A DNA stretch of 45,873 nt from a virus (Duplodnaviria; Caudoviricetes). Position 1 is the first letter of the stretch, and each line of letters begins with the position of its first letter. Shown here piece after piece: positions 1 to 8,779 of this stretch. The notes under the pieces were generated by a model, which did no database searches, was not told the DNA's origin, and saw only the letters and a program-made list of their open reading frames with translations. The DNA lies in IMG/VR virus record IMGVR_UViG_3300037420_000730, positions 1-45,873 of that record; one strand, given 5' to 3'. The position numbers were made by a program, and so were the translations under genes.

Positions 1-1
1 T

Positions 2-445
2 ATAACCCCCCAACCGATTGTTGAGGACGCGCGCGATCCGCTGGAAGTTCTTTGGGAAGTCGTGAACGCGATTGCTGAACATGTTCGGAAGACACTCCCG
101 CCTCCTGTTGGCGTCAGCAAGGACCAGTGGCGAGCTTTCCGCAAGCAGCGGAAGAAATCCCTGACTGACCGAGCCTACCTGATGATCTGCAACAAGCTCT
201 CAGCCCTTGCCGACGCCGGATGGCCGCCTGGCGATATGATCGACCTCGCCATCGAGCGGGGATGGGAAACAGTTTTTGCACCGCGTCAGGACAACCGAAA
301 TGGACAATCTTCCAGCAACATCACCAGCCTACGAGGACATCGGCCCGACCCGGCCCTCGACCTCCTCCGCGCCGCGAGTGCCGCCGAAGATTGGGAAAGT
401 CGTGGCGGAATTGGGCCTTCGCTACCGGCCATCGGTTCAGGCTGA
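2..445 (+). CDS. C-terminal part of replication initiator protein (continues from 45616 across the circular junction)
   Basis: Frame is open from nt 2 (ITPQPIVED...) and contains a W..F...RKK.LT...W..vF segment resembling phage replication-initiator C-termini. It joins the 45616-45873 ORF in frame if the terminal TATA is counted once. Confidence 0.7.
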   Translation: MTPQPIVEDARDPLEVLWEVVNAIAEHVRKTLPPPVGVSKDQWRAFRKQRKKSLTDRAYLMICNKLSALADAGWPPGDMIDLAIERGWETVFAPRQDNRNGQSSSNITSLRGHRPDPALDLLRAASAAEDWESRGGIGPSLPAIGSG

Positions 446-746
446 TCTTGAAGCCCATGCCGCAACTCTGGCGCTGCTGGCCCGCGACCTTGCCGACCTC
501 GATCCGGCTCGGCTCCAGGCCGCCGCCGACCATTGGGCAAAGACCGAGAGGTTCATGCCGAGAGCAGCCGAGCTTCGCAGCCTCGTGTCCAAGATGGGAA
601 ACCGGACGAAAGCGGCTGAACTGGCCGTGGAGCGCGGCAACGCTCGTCTGGCTAGCGAAGGCAGGACAGACATTCGCTGGGCGCTTCGCGATGGTCGCTG
701 CGTGATTGAATGGGCGGTGCAGCCCGTCCCAGGCGCCTCAAGCTAA
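300..746 (+). CDS. Putative helicase loader / replication accessory protein (lambda P-like position)
   Basis: Overlaps the end of the initiator gene; helical domain ending in FMPRAAELR, an F.P.paE-type motif of loader-like proteins. Confidence 0.5.
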   Translation: MDNLPATSPAYEDIGPTRPSTSSAPRVPPKIGKVVAELGLRYRPSVQADLEAHAATLALLARDLADLDPARLQAAADHWAKTERFMPRAAELRSLVSKMGNRTKAAELAVERGNARLASEGRTDIRWALRDGRCVIEWAVQPVPGASS

Positions 747-763
747 CCGGTGCGGGGGTGGGG

Positions 764-1252
764 ATGAAGAACGAGAGGATTTCCGGTCGATCGCGCAAGC
801 CCGGGCTGCCCGAGCTTACCCCGGTCGAGCGCCAAATCTACGAGATGTGCGTGAAGGCGGCAGAGGAAAACCGGGAACTGGACAGCACGGAGATCATGGC
901 AACGCAGATCGGCGCCAACAGCTATTCGACGGTGCCGGGGATACTCAAGCGGCTCGAGCGCAAGGGCTGGATAAGCCGCTCGGTATTTCAGAAGGGCCGG
1001 CAGGTTTGCGTCACCGCGACCGGCCGTTGCACGGTTCCTCCTCGTGACCAGACCCCGCACTGGCGGCTGCTCTACGATCGCAGCAGAGATTCAACCCCGA
1101 CGCTCCCCGGGCATACAGTCGCTCGAATGGTGCCGACGCTGATGACTTACCTCGACAGGATGATGAGGGAAGAGAACCTTACGCTTCAGAGCGCTCAACT
1201 GACGCTCATGGCCCGCGGCGCCCAACACCGTGACGAGGAGAAAGGCCAGTGA
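764..1252 (+). CDS. Winged-helix protein with LexA-like N-terminal DNA-binding domain
   Basis: LTPVERQIYE...MATQIGANSYSTVPGILKRLERKGWISR resembles the LexA DNA-binding domain; no recognisable peptidase domain. Confidence 0.6.
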   Translation: MKNERISGRSRKPGLPELTPVERQIYEMCVKAAEENRELDSTEIMATQIGANSYSTVPGILKRLERKGWISRSVFQKGRQVCVTATGRCTVPPRDQTPHWRLLYDRSRDSTPTLPGHTVARMVPTLMTYLDRMMREENLTLQSAQLTLMARGAQHRDEEKGQ

Positions 1253-1485
1253 TGATCCCCGTCGACAACAAGCTCCCGCAGCCGCCGAACGCCTCGTGGC
1301 ATGACATCGCGGCGCAAGCAGTCCCCGTCGGAGAGCAGCTTGCCTTCACCGACAGCGGCAAGCAGTTCGTCTGGATCGGCGCGATTTCAGACGACGAGAC
1401 CGCGCCGCCGTCACTGGCAGCGATCGGGATGATGGCGACCGCCAAAGCCCCGGCCTTCTGGTCGCATATCGCGGATCAGGCGTGA
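1249..1485 (+). CDS. Hypothetical protein
   Basis: GTGA-coupled to the upstream gene; ends 1 nt before terS. Confidence 0.55.
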   Translation: MMIPVDNKLPQPPNASWHDIAAQAVPVGEQLAFTDSGKQFVWIGAISDDETAPPSLAAIGMMATAKAPAFWSHIADQA

Positions 1486-1486
1486 C

Positions 1487-1969
1487 ATGGCTAAGCGCGG
1501 ACGAAAGCCAACGCCGGAAGCCGAGCGCAATCGCATTATCGCGCATGTGCTCGCCGAAACCGCAACAGGCCGGTTCATCTCGCGCATCCTTGCCGAAGAC
1601 GAAGACATGCCCGGCCACACGACGTGGTGGAAATGGGTTTTCGAGGATGAAAAATTGTCGGAAAAAGTCGTGCAGGCGCGCGCGCATGGTGTCGAAGCCA
1701 TGTTGGACGAGTGCGGCGAGATTGCCGACGACGGGACCAACGATTTCGTCAAGAAGCCGAAAAAGGACGAAGGCGACCCCGACGAGTACGCTTTCGACAA
1801 GGAGCATGTCCAGCGATCGAAGTTGCGGGTCGAGACCAGGATAAAGCTGGCCCAGATGCTCAAACCAAAGACCTATGGCCCCAAGCTCGACCTGACCTCT
1901 GGCGGCGACAAGATCGCGCTGTCGGCTGAGGTTGAGGCGGCGCGTCGGCGCGCTGCGGAAAGCGAATGA
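1487..1969 (+). CDS. terS: Terminase small subunit
   Basis: MP...T.W.W, ARA.G.EAMLDE..EIADD and VQRSKLRVETR...PKTYG motifs; lies directly upstream of terL. Confidence 0.85.
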   Translation: MAKRGRKPTPEAERNRIIAHVLAETATGRFISRILAEDEDMPGHTTWWKWVFEDEKLSEKVVQARAHGVEAMLDECGEIADDGTNDFVKKPKKDEGDPDEYAFDKEHVQRSKLRVETRIKLAQMLKPKTYGPKLDLTSGGDKIALSAEVEAARRRAAESE

Positions 1970-3531
1970 AGGTCGATCCGCGAATCGAGCTTGCCCGCGA
2001 TATCGGCGCGATGGCGTTCGATCCGCTCCGTCACTGTCTCTATGCTTTCCCATGGGACACGCCGGGAACGCCGCTCGATGGCATCAAGGGGCCGCGACAA
2101 TGGCAGGGCGACACCCTCGCCACCATCCGCAACCATCTGGCGAGCGAGCGCCGCTATGAGCCGCTGAGGATCGCGATTGCGTCCGGTCATGGCATCGGCA
2201 AGAGCAGCCTCGTCGGGATGCTGAGCAAATGGGCGCTCGATTGCTGGCCGGATTCCCGGGTGATGGTGACGGCCAACACCGAGCAGCAGCTTATCACCAA
2301 GACCTCGCCGGAGGTTGCCAAGTGGCACCGCATGGCGATCACGAGCGACTGGTTCTCAATCGCGACGATGAAGATCAGTTCGAAGGAAGCCGGGCATCAG
2401 GATAGCTGGCGGCTCGATTTCGTCACATGGTCGGCCAACAACACCGAAGCCTTCGCCGGTCTTCACAACATCGGCCGGCTGGTTCTCGTCATCACCGACG
2501 AAAGCTCGAGGATCGACGACAAGGTGTGGGAAGTCATCGAAGGCGCGCTGACCGACGAGAAGACGGTGCTGCTCTGGGTCGCGCTGGGCAATCCGACGCA
2601 GAACGATGGCCGCTTCCATTCCTGCTTCCACCGCTACCGGCATCTGTGGGTGACGAAGCAGATCGACAGCCGGACGGTCGAGGGAACCAACAAGGCCTAT
2701 TTGCAGGAGATCATCGACACCTACGGCATCGACAGCGACATCGCCAAGGTGCGTGTGCTCGGGCAGTTCCCGTCCGCGTCCAGCCTCCAGTTCATCGGCT
2801 CCGGTCTCGTCCAGGCTGCCCGTGAGCGGGCGATTGCCGAGAGTGCGATCCTGCCCAGCGATCCGGTGATCTTCGGTCTCGACCACGCGCGGTTCGGCGA
2901 CGACCAGAGCGTTCTGGCGATCCGGCAGGGACGGGATGCGCGATCGCGCGAATGGAAGCGCTGGCAGGGCGCGAACGCGATGCAGATCGCGGGCGATGTT
3001 AACGACATGATGCGCCGCTACCTTCCCGACGCGGTGTTCATCGACGCTGGCGGCCCGAATGCTGGCGGGGTGATCGACCGGCTAAGGCAGCTCAATCCAG
3101 AGTACCAGGCGATCTTCGAGGTCAATTTCGGGACATCGACGAAAGGGATGGACGCCCGCTGGAACGAGGAGGTCAGGGTCAGGGTCGCCAACAAGCGGGC
3201 TCAAATGTGGACGAACATGCGCGCCTGGATGGAGCGCGGAATCCTGCCGGACGCGCAGGACATCGAGGATGATCTTGCGGGCGTCGAATATAGCTACACC
3301 GCGGACAACGCGATCCTTCTCGAAAAGAAGGAGCACATGAAAGCGCGCGGGCTGTCGTCGCCGGACAATGGCGATGCGCTCGCACTGACGTTTGCCGAAG
3401 ACGTGGCGCCGCGCCGGACGCCGGAATATCTCAATCCGGAGCATTACGGACGCGGGAAGGAATACGACCGCTATTCCGAGCTACCGGTCCACGAGCCGAT
3501 GGGGAAAGACTATGACCGATACGCGGAGTGA
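1966..3531 (+). CDS. terL: Terminase large subunit
   Basis: Walker A SGHGIGKS, Walker B VITDE, GNPT coupling motif, nuclease GLDHARFGDD and SPD.GDALALTFA. Confidence 0.95.
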   Translation: MKVDPRIELARDIGAMAFDPLRHCLYAFPWDTPGTPLDGIKGPRQWQGDTLATIRNHLASERRYEPLRIAIASGHGIGKSSLVGMLSKWALDCWPDSRVMVTANTEQQLITKTSPEVAKWHRMAITSDWFSIATMKISSKEAGHQDSWRLDFVTWSANNTEAFAGLHNIGRLVLVITDESSRIDDKVWEVIEGALTDEKTVLLWVALGNPTQNDGRFHSCFHRYRHLWVTKQIDSRTVEGTNKAYLQEIIDTYGIDSDIAKVRVLGQFPSASSLQFIGSGLVQAARERAIAESAILPSDPVIFGLDHARFGDDQSVLAIRQGRDARSREWKRWQGANAMQIAGDVNDMMRRYLPDAVFIDAGGPNAGGVIDRLRQLNPEYQAIFEVNFGTSTKGMDARWNEEVRVRVANKRAQMWTNMRAWMERGILPDAQDIEDDLAGVEYSYTADNAILLEKKEHMKARGLSSPDNGDALALTFAEDVAPRRTPEYLNPEHYGRGKEYDRYSELPVHEPMGKDYDRYAE

Positions 3532-3553
3532 TATCGGCCTGACGGTCTAGCCC

Positions 3554-3595
3554 GCGATTCAACCTCAGCCTTCGCCCGCATAGCCACGGGGCATG
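3554..3595 (+). promoter_or_regulatory. Putative late promoter, copy 1 (GCGATTCAA-N16-CATAG-N9-ATG)
   Basis: One of five copies with the same N16 spacing, each upstream of a structural gene. Confidence 0.75.
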
Positions 3596-3775
3596 TGCCT
3601 CATCCCCGCGCTCGTTGGAAAAGCAATCGGCGGCCGTACCGGCGCGATGATCGGCGGAGGCCTTAGTGGTGGCGTCCCCGGCGCGCTGCTTGGCTCCTTC
3701 CTGTCAAAGAAGTCCGCGCCGTCCGCACCGGCCACCCAGCCGGCGGCCACCACCACCACCGGGTACGGAGGCTGA
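3593..3775 (+). CDS. Small Gly-rich protein with Met-Cys N-terminus
   Basis: ATG sits at the fixed distance from the promoter motif; MCL start; upstream of portal. Confidence 0.65.
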   Translation: MCLIPALVGKAIGGRTGAMIGGGLSGGVPGALLGSFLSKKSAPSAPATQPAATTTTGYGG

Positions 3776-3777
3776 CG

Positions 3778-3978
3778 GTGTGCTTCGCTCCGAAGATCCC
3801 GGCCCCTCCCATGCCAGCCCAGTTCCAGGCGATGCAGGCGCCCAAGGATTTGACGCCCAATAAGGATGCGTCGCTCAATCGCCGTCGCGGTTTCTTCGCC
3901 AGCATCTTCACCGGGCCGCAGGGGATCACCGCCGCCCCGACCGTGACCGGTAGCGGTGGCGGCTTGACGGGTGGCTGA
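3778..3978 (+). CDS. Small virion protein with Met-Cys start (T7 gp7.3-like position)
   Basis: MCFAPKIP...RRRG..SIFTGPQG pattern typical of pre-portal podophage proteins. Confidence 0.7.
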   Translation: MCFAPKIPAPPMPAQFQAMQAPKDLTPNKDASLNRRRGFFASIFTGPQGITAAPTVTGSGGGLTGG

Positions 3979-5641
3979 CCTTTCGCTCAAGGAGCGCGCA
4001 ATCCGCCGCCTCGAAGGGCTGAAGGACCAGCGCAAGTCATTCGAGGCCGACGCCAAGGAAATCGCCGCCTATGTCGCTCCGGCCCGTTCCCGCTTCCTCA
4101 GCGGCGACACCAACCGGGGTCGCAAGCGCAATACGCGGCTGAACAACAGCGCCGGAATCGTCGCCTTCCGCACCTTGCAGGGCGGAATGACGTCGGGCCT
4201 GTCGTCGCAATCCCGGCCGTGGTTCTCGCTGTCCACCTATGACGAGGGCCTGCTCGACAACGACCAGGTGAAGGTGTGGCTGAGCGAGGTCGAGACCCGG
4301 CTCTACAGCTTCCTCGCCAACACCAATTTCTACGGGGCGGTGAAGACCGGATATCTGGAGCTCGGATCGTTCGGGACCGAGGCCTGCGTGATGCTGGCTC
4401 ACAACGATCTTGGCGCGGTCTGCCACCAGCTTACCTTCGGCGAATATTGGATCGGGCTGAACGAGGCGCAGCAACCCGGCTGCCTCTACCGCGAATGCGC
4501 GATGACCGCCTACCAGGTCGTCCAGATGTTCGGCGACCAGGCTCCCAAGCGGGCCAGGGATTATTACGACCGTGGGAATTACGAGGAGTCGATCTGCCTC
4601 TACCACGCGATCGAGGAGAACGACGAGCACGAACCCGGCAAGCTCGGTCCGAAAGGCAAGGCGTGGCGCTCGCTCTACTGGGACGCGAACGACGGGTCGA
4701 AGGACGGCGTCATCCAGCTCAACGGCACCGAGGAGCAGCCGTTCTGGGCGCCGCGGTGGGACACGACCGGGAACGATGCATGGGGACAGGGACCGGGCCA
4801 TGACGCGCTTCCCGACCTGAGGGAATTGCAGCTTCAGACCAAGCGCAAGGCCGAAGCGACGGACATGCACATCTGGCCCGAGATCGTCGCCTCGTCCAAG
4901 ATCAAGCTCAAGCGGCAACCGAAGAATGTCGTCAGTTCCTCGGAGGTCGATGTCGCCAAGGCCGTCACCGTTCCCTACGAGATTCCCTACGAAGCGATCG
5001 GCGCGATCCGCGAGGACATCAACGATCTCAGGCAGGCGATCAACCAGGCGACCTATGCCGACCTGTTCATGGCGATCACCAACATGGACGGCATCCAGCC
5101 GCGCAACATCGAGGAGATCGGGGCGCGCAACGAGGAGAAGCTGACGCAGCTCGGCCCCGTGATCGAGCGGGTGAACAACGAGAAGCTGCAGGTGGCGATC
5201 AACCGCGCGTTCGGGATCATGCAGCGCCTTGGACTGCTGCCGCCGGCCCCGGCGATCCTGAAGAATGCTCCCGACATCAAGATCGAGTTCGTCTCCATCC
5301 TGACGCAGATGCAGCGCATGGTCGGGCTTGGGCAGATCGAACGCAACGTCCAGTTCATCGGCGGCCTTAGCGGCGCCTATCCGAACGCGCGCTTCAAGCT
5401 CGATGTGAACGAGACAATCGACGAATATGCCAAGCGCGGCGGAATGCCCGCAAAGCTGATCCGGTCGACCGAGGACGCGCAGAAGGACGCCGACGCCGAA
5501 GCGCAGGCCGCGCAGGGCGCGCAAATGGCGGAGATGGCGGCCAAGCTCGGCAAGCCCGCCAAGGACATGACCGACGCCGCGACACTGGCGGCCAATCTCC
5601 CGGTCGCCGCGACCCCGCCGGTCGAGGGCCTGGTGCAGTGA
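3971..5641 (+). CDS. Portal (head-tail connector) protein
   Basis: 556 aa; GMTSGLSS.SRPWF, WGQGPG and EE...R.EEKL..LGPV.ER motifs of T7/BPP-1-type portals. Confidence 0.93.
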   Translation: MADLSLKERAIRRLEGLKDQRKSFEADAKEIAAYVAPARSRFLSGDTNRGRKRNTRLNNSAGIVAFRTLQGGMTSGLSSQSRPWFSLSTYDEGLLDNDQVKVWLSEVETRLYSFLANTNFYGAVKTGYLELGSFGTEACVMLAHNDLGAVCHQLTFGEYWIGLNEAQQPGCLYRECAMTAYQVVQMFGDQAPKRARDYYDRGNYEESICLYHAIEENDEHEPGKLGPKGKAWRSLYWDANDGSKDGVIQLNGTEEQPFWAPRWDTTGNDAWGQGPGHDALPDLRELQLQTKRKAEATDMHIWPEIVASSKIKLKRQPKNVVSSSEVDVAKAVTVPYEIPYEAIGAIREDINDLRQAINQATYADLFMAITNMDGIQPRNIEEIGARNEEKLTQLGPVIERVNNEKLQVAINRAFGIMQRLGLLPPAPAILKNAPDIKIEFVSILTQMQRMVGLGQIERNVQFIGGLSGAYPNARFKLDVNETIDEYAKRGGMPAKLIRSTEDAQKDADAEAQAAQGAQMAEMAAKLGKPAKDMTDAATLAANLPVAATPPVEGLVQ

Positions 5642-5817
5642 GCAGGTATTTTGCCCGCCCGCGCGCCGCCCCTGACGGCGATTGGAACGATCCGCTACTA
5701 CCGCATCTGAGCGTGAGCGAACACCGGCCCGTTGACACGGGTCTTTGCGATCATCGCGGCGATCCGATCTGGCGCGCGCCAAACCATGTCGGCTTTCACC
5801 GTCCGGGTCTCAAATGA
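5638..5817 (+). CDS. Small hypothetical protein (59 aa)
   Basis: Translated by hand (MSRYFARP...DTGLCDHRGDPIWR...); GTGA and ATGA coupled to both neighbours. Confidence 0.6.
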   Translation: MSRYFARPRAAPDGDWNDPLLPHLSVSEHRPVDTGLCDHRGDPIWRAPNHVGFHRPGLK

Positions 5818-6167
5818 CCCGCGAGGAACGTGAGAAGACGCAGCGCGACGACCTGATGCTGCTGCTCCAGCGGCCAGAGTTCATCAGATTTTTGTGGCGC
5901 GTGATTCAACTTGCCCGCATTTTCGACCGCACAACCGATGGGTCCGAAGGGCGCATCCTCGCATTCGATGAGGGGCGCAGGAACCTGGGGTTGGAAATCC
6001 TCGAGATGGTCGAAGCGGGCCAGCCCGTATCGCATCCTGAAGGCCAGCCGATTTTGACGCTGCTCCAGGCCCTTCGCGAGGAAGCAATCCAACAGCCCCA
6101 GGAGAAGAAGAATGACGGACCAGGCAAGCACGACAGATACCACGACATCGACGGCGACGGCGAGTGA
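5814..6167 (+). CDS. Bbp19-like conserved podophage protein
   Basis: DL..LL..PEF.RFLWR...AFDEGRRNLGL motif; lies between portal and scaffold. Confidence 0.75.
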   Translation: MTREEREKTQRDDLMLLLQRPEFIRFLWRVIQLARIFDRTTDGSEGRILAFDEGRRNLGLEILEMVEAGQPVSHPEGQPILTLLQALREEAIQQPQEKKNDGPGKHDRYHDIDGDGE

Positions 6168-6909
6168 TGCGGCCGTTGCCGGTGAAGCCACCGACGCCAA
6201 GACCGTCGATGCGACCGTCGCGGCTGAAACAACTGCTGCGGCAGACGCGGCTGGAGAAGCCGACGATTCCACCGTGCTCGGATCGGCCACGACCGAGGCC
6301 GGAGCCGGAGACGATGAAGGCGCAAAAACTTCGGACGCGGAGAGCGGGAAGACCGATGACCCGGGCGCTGCTGACACTGTGCCGGAAACCTACGAGCTGA
6401 AGGTCACGGCGAAGGACGCCGAGGGCAAGGACATCGACGTCGAGATCGACACGGAGCTTCTCAGCGAAGCGACCCCGATCCTCAAGGAGGTGGGCCTGAC
6501 CAACGAGCAGGCCAACAAGCTGGCCCCGCTGATCGTCAAGGCACAGGAGCGCGCGTTCGCCAAGCAGGCGGACGAGTTCGCGGTGATCCGCGCCGACTGG
6601 GCGAAGGAAGCGCAGGCCGACCCCGAGATCGGCGGCAAGAACTGGGAAGCGACGAAGAACAATGCCGCCAAGGCGCTCGATCATTTCGTCGGCCCGTCGA
6701 AGAAGGACGACGCGGGCCGCGAGACCAACGAGTTCCGGGCGCTCCTGAACGACAGTGGGATCGGCAACCGCAAGGAGTTGATCCGCGCCTTCAGCAAGAT
6801 CGGCGAGGCGATTGCCGAGGATGGAACATTCGCACGGTCGGAAGAGAAGGCCGTGTCCAAGAAGTCCCGGGAAGAGGAGCTTTATCCCGACGACGTACCG
6901 AAGAAGTGA
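6112..6909 (+). CDS. Capsid scaffolding protein
   Basis: Acidic low-complexity N-terminus; VPE.YEL, GLTNEQA.KL, DPEIGG and GN..ELIR.F.KIG..I.ED motifs; precedes the capsid gene. Confidence 0.8.
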   Translation: MTDQASTTDTTTSTATASDAAVAGEATDAKTVDATVAAETTAAADAAGEADDSTVLGSATTEAGAGDDEGAKTSDAESGKTDDPGAADTVPETYELKVTAKDAEGKDIDVEIDTELLSEATPILKEVGLTNEQANKLAPLIVKAQERAFAKQADEFAVIRADWAKEAQADPEIGGKNWEATKNNAAKALDHFVGPSKKDDAGRETNEFRALLNDSGIGNRKELIRAFSKIGEAIAEDGTFARSEEKAVSKKSREEELYPDDVPKK

Positions 6910-6963
6910 GCAACCGGACTCCCACGCCGTGAGGCGTCGTGTCCCTTAGATGGAGTTTTTTAG

Positions 6964-8001
6964 ATGGCTACCATTGGCAATAGCTACCTCAGCCTGATCG
7001 ACATGTTCAGGAATGGTGGCGACACTGCGATCGCTGATGTTGCCGAGGTCCTGAACCGCCTGTCGCCGGTCGTTCGCAATGCGTTCACCGTCGAGGCGAA
7101 CAAGGGCACCCAGCACCAGCATTCGATCCGCACCGGCCTTCCCGCTGTAACGTGGGGCCGGCTCTACCAGGGCATCCCGCAGTCCAAGTCGACCCGTGCC
7201 AACGTCATCGACACGACCGGCTTCGTCGAGGGCCTGTCGACGGTGGACACGCGGCTCCTGGAGATTTCGCCCAACCCGGCTGCGACCCGCATGTCGGAGG
7301 CGGAAGCCTTCCTGCAGAGCCTCAACCAGGAGGTCGAGACCCAGTTCTTCTACGGCGACGTTGCGACCTCCCCGGAGAAGATCAAGGGCCTGGCCGCGCG
7401 CTACAACGCGAGTGGCGGCGGAGGCGCCGGAAACCAGATCGTCAAGGCTGGCGGCGCGGGTTCCGACAACACATCGGTCTTCTTCGTCACCTGGAGCGAG
7501 AACGCCACGCACCTCATCTACCCGAAGGGGACGAAGGCGGGCATCGACCGCCAGGACAAGGGCGAGCAGCGTGTCTATGACGCGAACAACAATCCCTACT
7601 ATGTGAAGGAAGAGCTGTTCCGCTGGCACGTCGGCGTGGCCGTCCGCGACTGGCGCTACAACGCGCGCATCGCCAACATCGACGTCTCCGACCTGCAGGC
7701 CGGGACCGTCGACATCTACAAGTACATGCGCTCGGCTTTGTACAAGCTGCAGGGCGTGTACGCGACGGCGATGAAGGACGGCTCGGGCAATCTCAACGAG
7801 AACGCCTCCGTCGAAGGCCGCACGGTAATCTACATGAACCGCACGGTCCTTGAGGCCCTGGACGCCGCTGGCACCAATGCGTCGAACGGCGCGCTGATGC
7901 TCCGGCCGATGGAGCTCGAGGGGCGCATGGTCCAGTCCTATCGCGGGATCCCGATCGAAGTCAGCGATGCGATCCTGAACACGGAAAGCGTCGTCAGCTA
8001 A
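6964..8001 (+). CDS. Major capsid protein (BPP-1 Bbp17-like)
   Basis: 345 aa; RTGLP.VTW, FFYGD...PE...GLA.RY, VRDWRY..RIANID and GIPI...DAILNTE motifs; RBS GGAG. Confidence 0.93.
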   Translation: MATIGNSYLSLIDMFRNGGDTAIADVAEVLNRLSPVVRNAFTVEANKGTQHQHSIRTGLPAVTWGRLYQGIPQSKSTRANVIDTTGFVEGLSTVDTRLLEISPNPAATRMSEAEAFLQSLNQEVETQFFYGDVATSPEKIKGLAARYNASGGGGAGNQIVKAGGAGSDNTSVFFVTWSENATHLIYPKGTKAGIDRQDKGEQRVYDANNNPYYVKEELFRWHVGVAVRDWRYNARIANIDVSDLQAGTVDIYKYMRSALYKLQGVYATAMKDGSGNLNENASVEGRTVIYMNRTVLEALDAAGTNASNGALMLRPMELEGRMVQSYRGIPIEVSDAILNTESVVS

Positions 8002-8027
8002 TCGTCTGGCTCAAAGGAGTAGAAACA

Positions 8028-8462
8028 ATGATTGTCGACAACACTCTGGTCTTCAGCGACAGCCAGGCGATCACGGCCACGGCGGCTTCGACCAACATCA
8101 TCGACGTGGGCGCGGCCGGAACCGCGTTCGGCGCCGCCGCGGCTCTTGCTCGCGACATCGGCAAGGGGACGGAAATTCCGCTCTACCTGTCGGTCTCTCA
8201 GGCATTCAACAACCTGACCTCGCTCAAGGTCTCGTTCCAGAGCGACGACGACTCCGCGTTCGGCACCGCCAACAATGTCGTGGCCGAACGCACCTACGCG
8301 CTGGCGGAACTGACGCTGGGAGCGCGCCTGCCGTTCCCCGCGGAAATCCCGGAAGGCTCGGCCGGTCGTTACCTCAGGCTCAACTACACCGTCACCGGCA
8401 CCGCGCCGACCACCGGCAAAATCTTCGCCAGTGTCGTCGCCGGCCGCCAGAACAACCCGTAA
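8028..8462 (+). CDS. Capsid cement/decoration protein (Bbp16-like)
   Basis: MIVD..L.FSD.QAITATAASTN.ID...RYLRLNYTV.G..PT.GK pattern. Confidence 0.85.
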   Translation: MIVDNTLVFSDSQAITATAASTNIIDVGAAGTAFGAAAALARDIGKGTEIPLYLSVSQAFNNLTSLKVSFQSDDDSAFGTANNVVAERTYALAELTLGARLPFPAEIPEGSAGRYLRLNYTVTGTAPTTGKIFASVVAGRQNNP

Positions 8463-8475
8463 GGAGTAAGGCGAT

Positions 8476-8658
8476 ATGGCCGACAGCAAAGGGGCTAATC
8501 TGACCGGAGCGGGAACGCATCGCGCAACGCAGCGCGGCTATGCGATCGATCCCGAAACCCACGCCGGAGTCCTCGTCGATGAAGGCGAGCCTGTCCCCGC
8601 TAACATCCCCGTTTCCAAGGAATGGATGGAAGCGGTGAAGAAGGGCAAGGACGACTAA
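8476..8658 (+). CDS. Small hypothetical virion-region protein
   Basis: Strong RBS (AAGGAG); follows the cement gene. Confidence 0.65.
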   Translation: MADSKGANLTGAGTHRATQRGYAIDPETHAGVLVDEGEPVPANIPVSKEWMEAVKKGKDD

Positions 8659-8687
8659 GGCAATCGCCGCCTCCAGCGGCAGCCAAA

Positions 8688-8733
8688 GATGGGCGGGGCA
8701 GTTTGTTTCCTCCGGCAGGCAGTCCCGCCCATC
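8688..8733 (+). terminator. Stem-loop at end of capsid operon
   Basis: GATGGGCGGGG...TCCCGCCCATC inverted repeat; no U-tract follows. Confidence 0.45.
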
Positions 8734-8736
8734 CGT

Positions 8737-8779
8737 GCGATTCAAGGTCGGCGAGCGCTGACCTAGCGCTTTCCCAATG
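8737..8779 (+). promoter_or_regulatory. Putative late promoter, copy 2 (GCGATTCAA-N16-CCTAG-N10-ATG)
   Basis: Repeated motif directly upstream of the 8777 gene. Confidence 0.7.
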
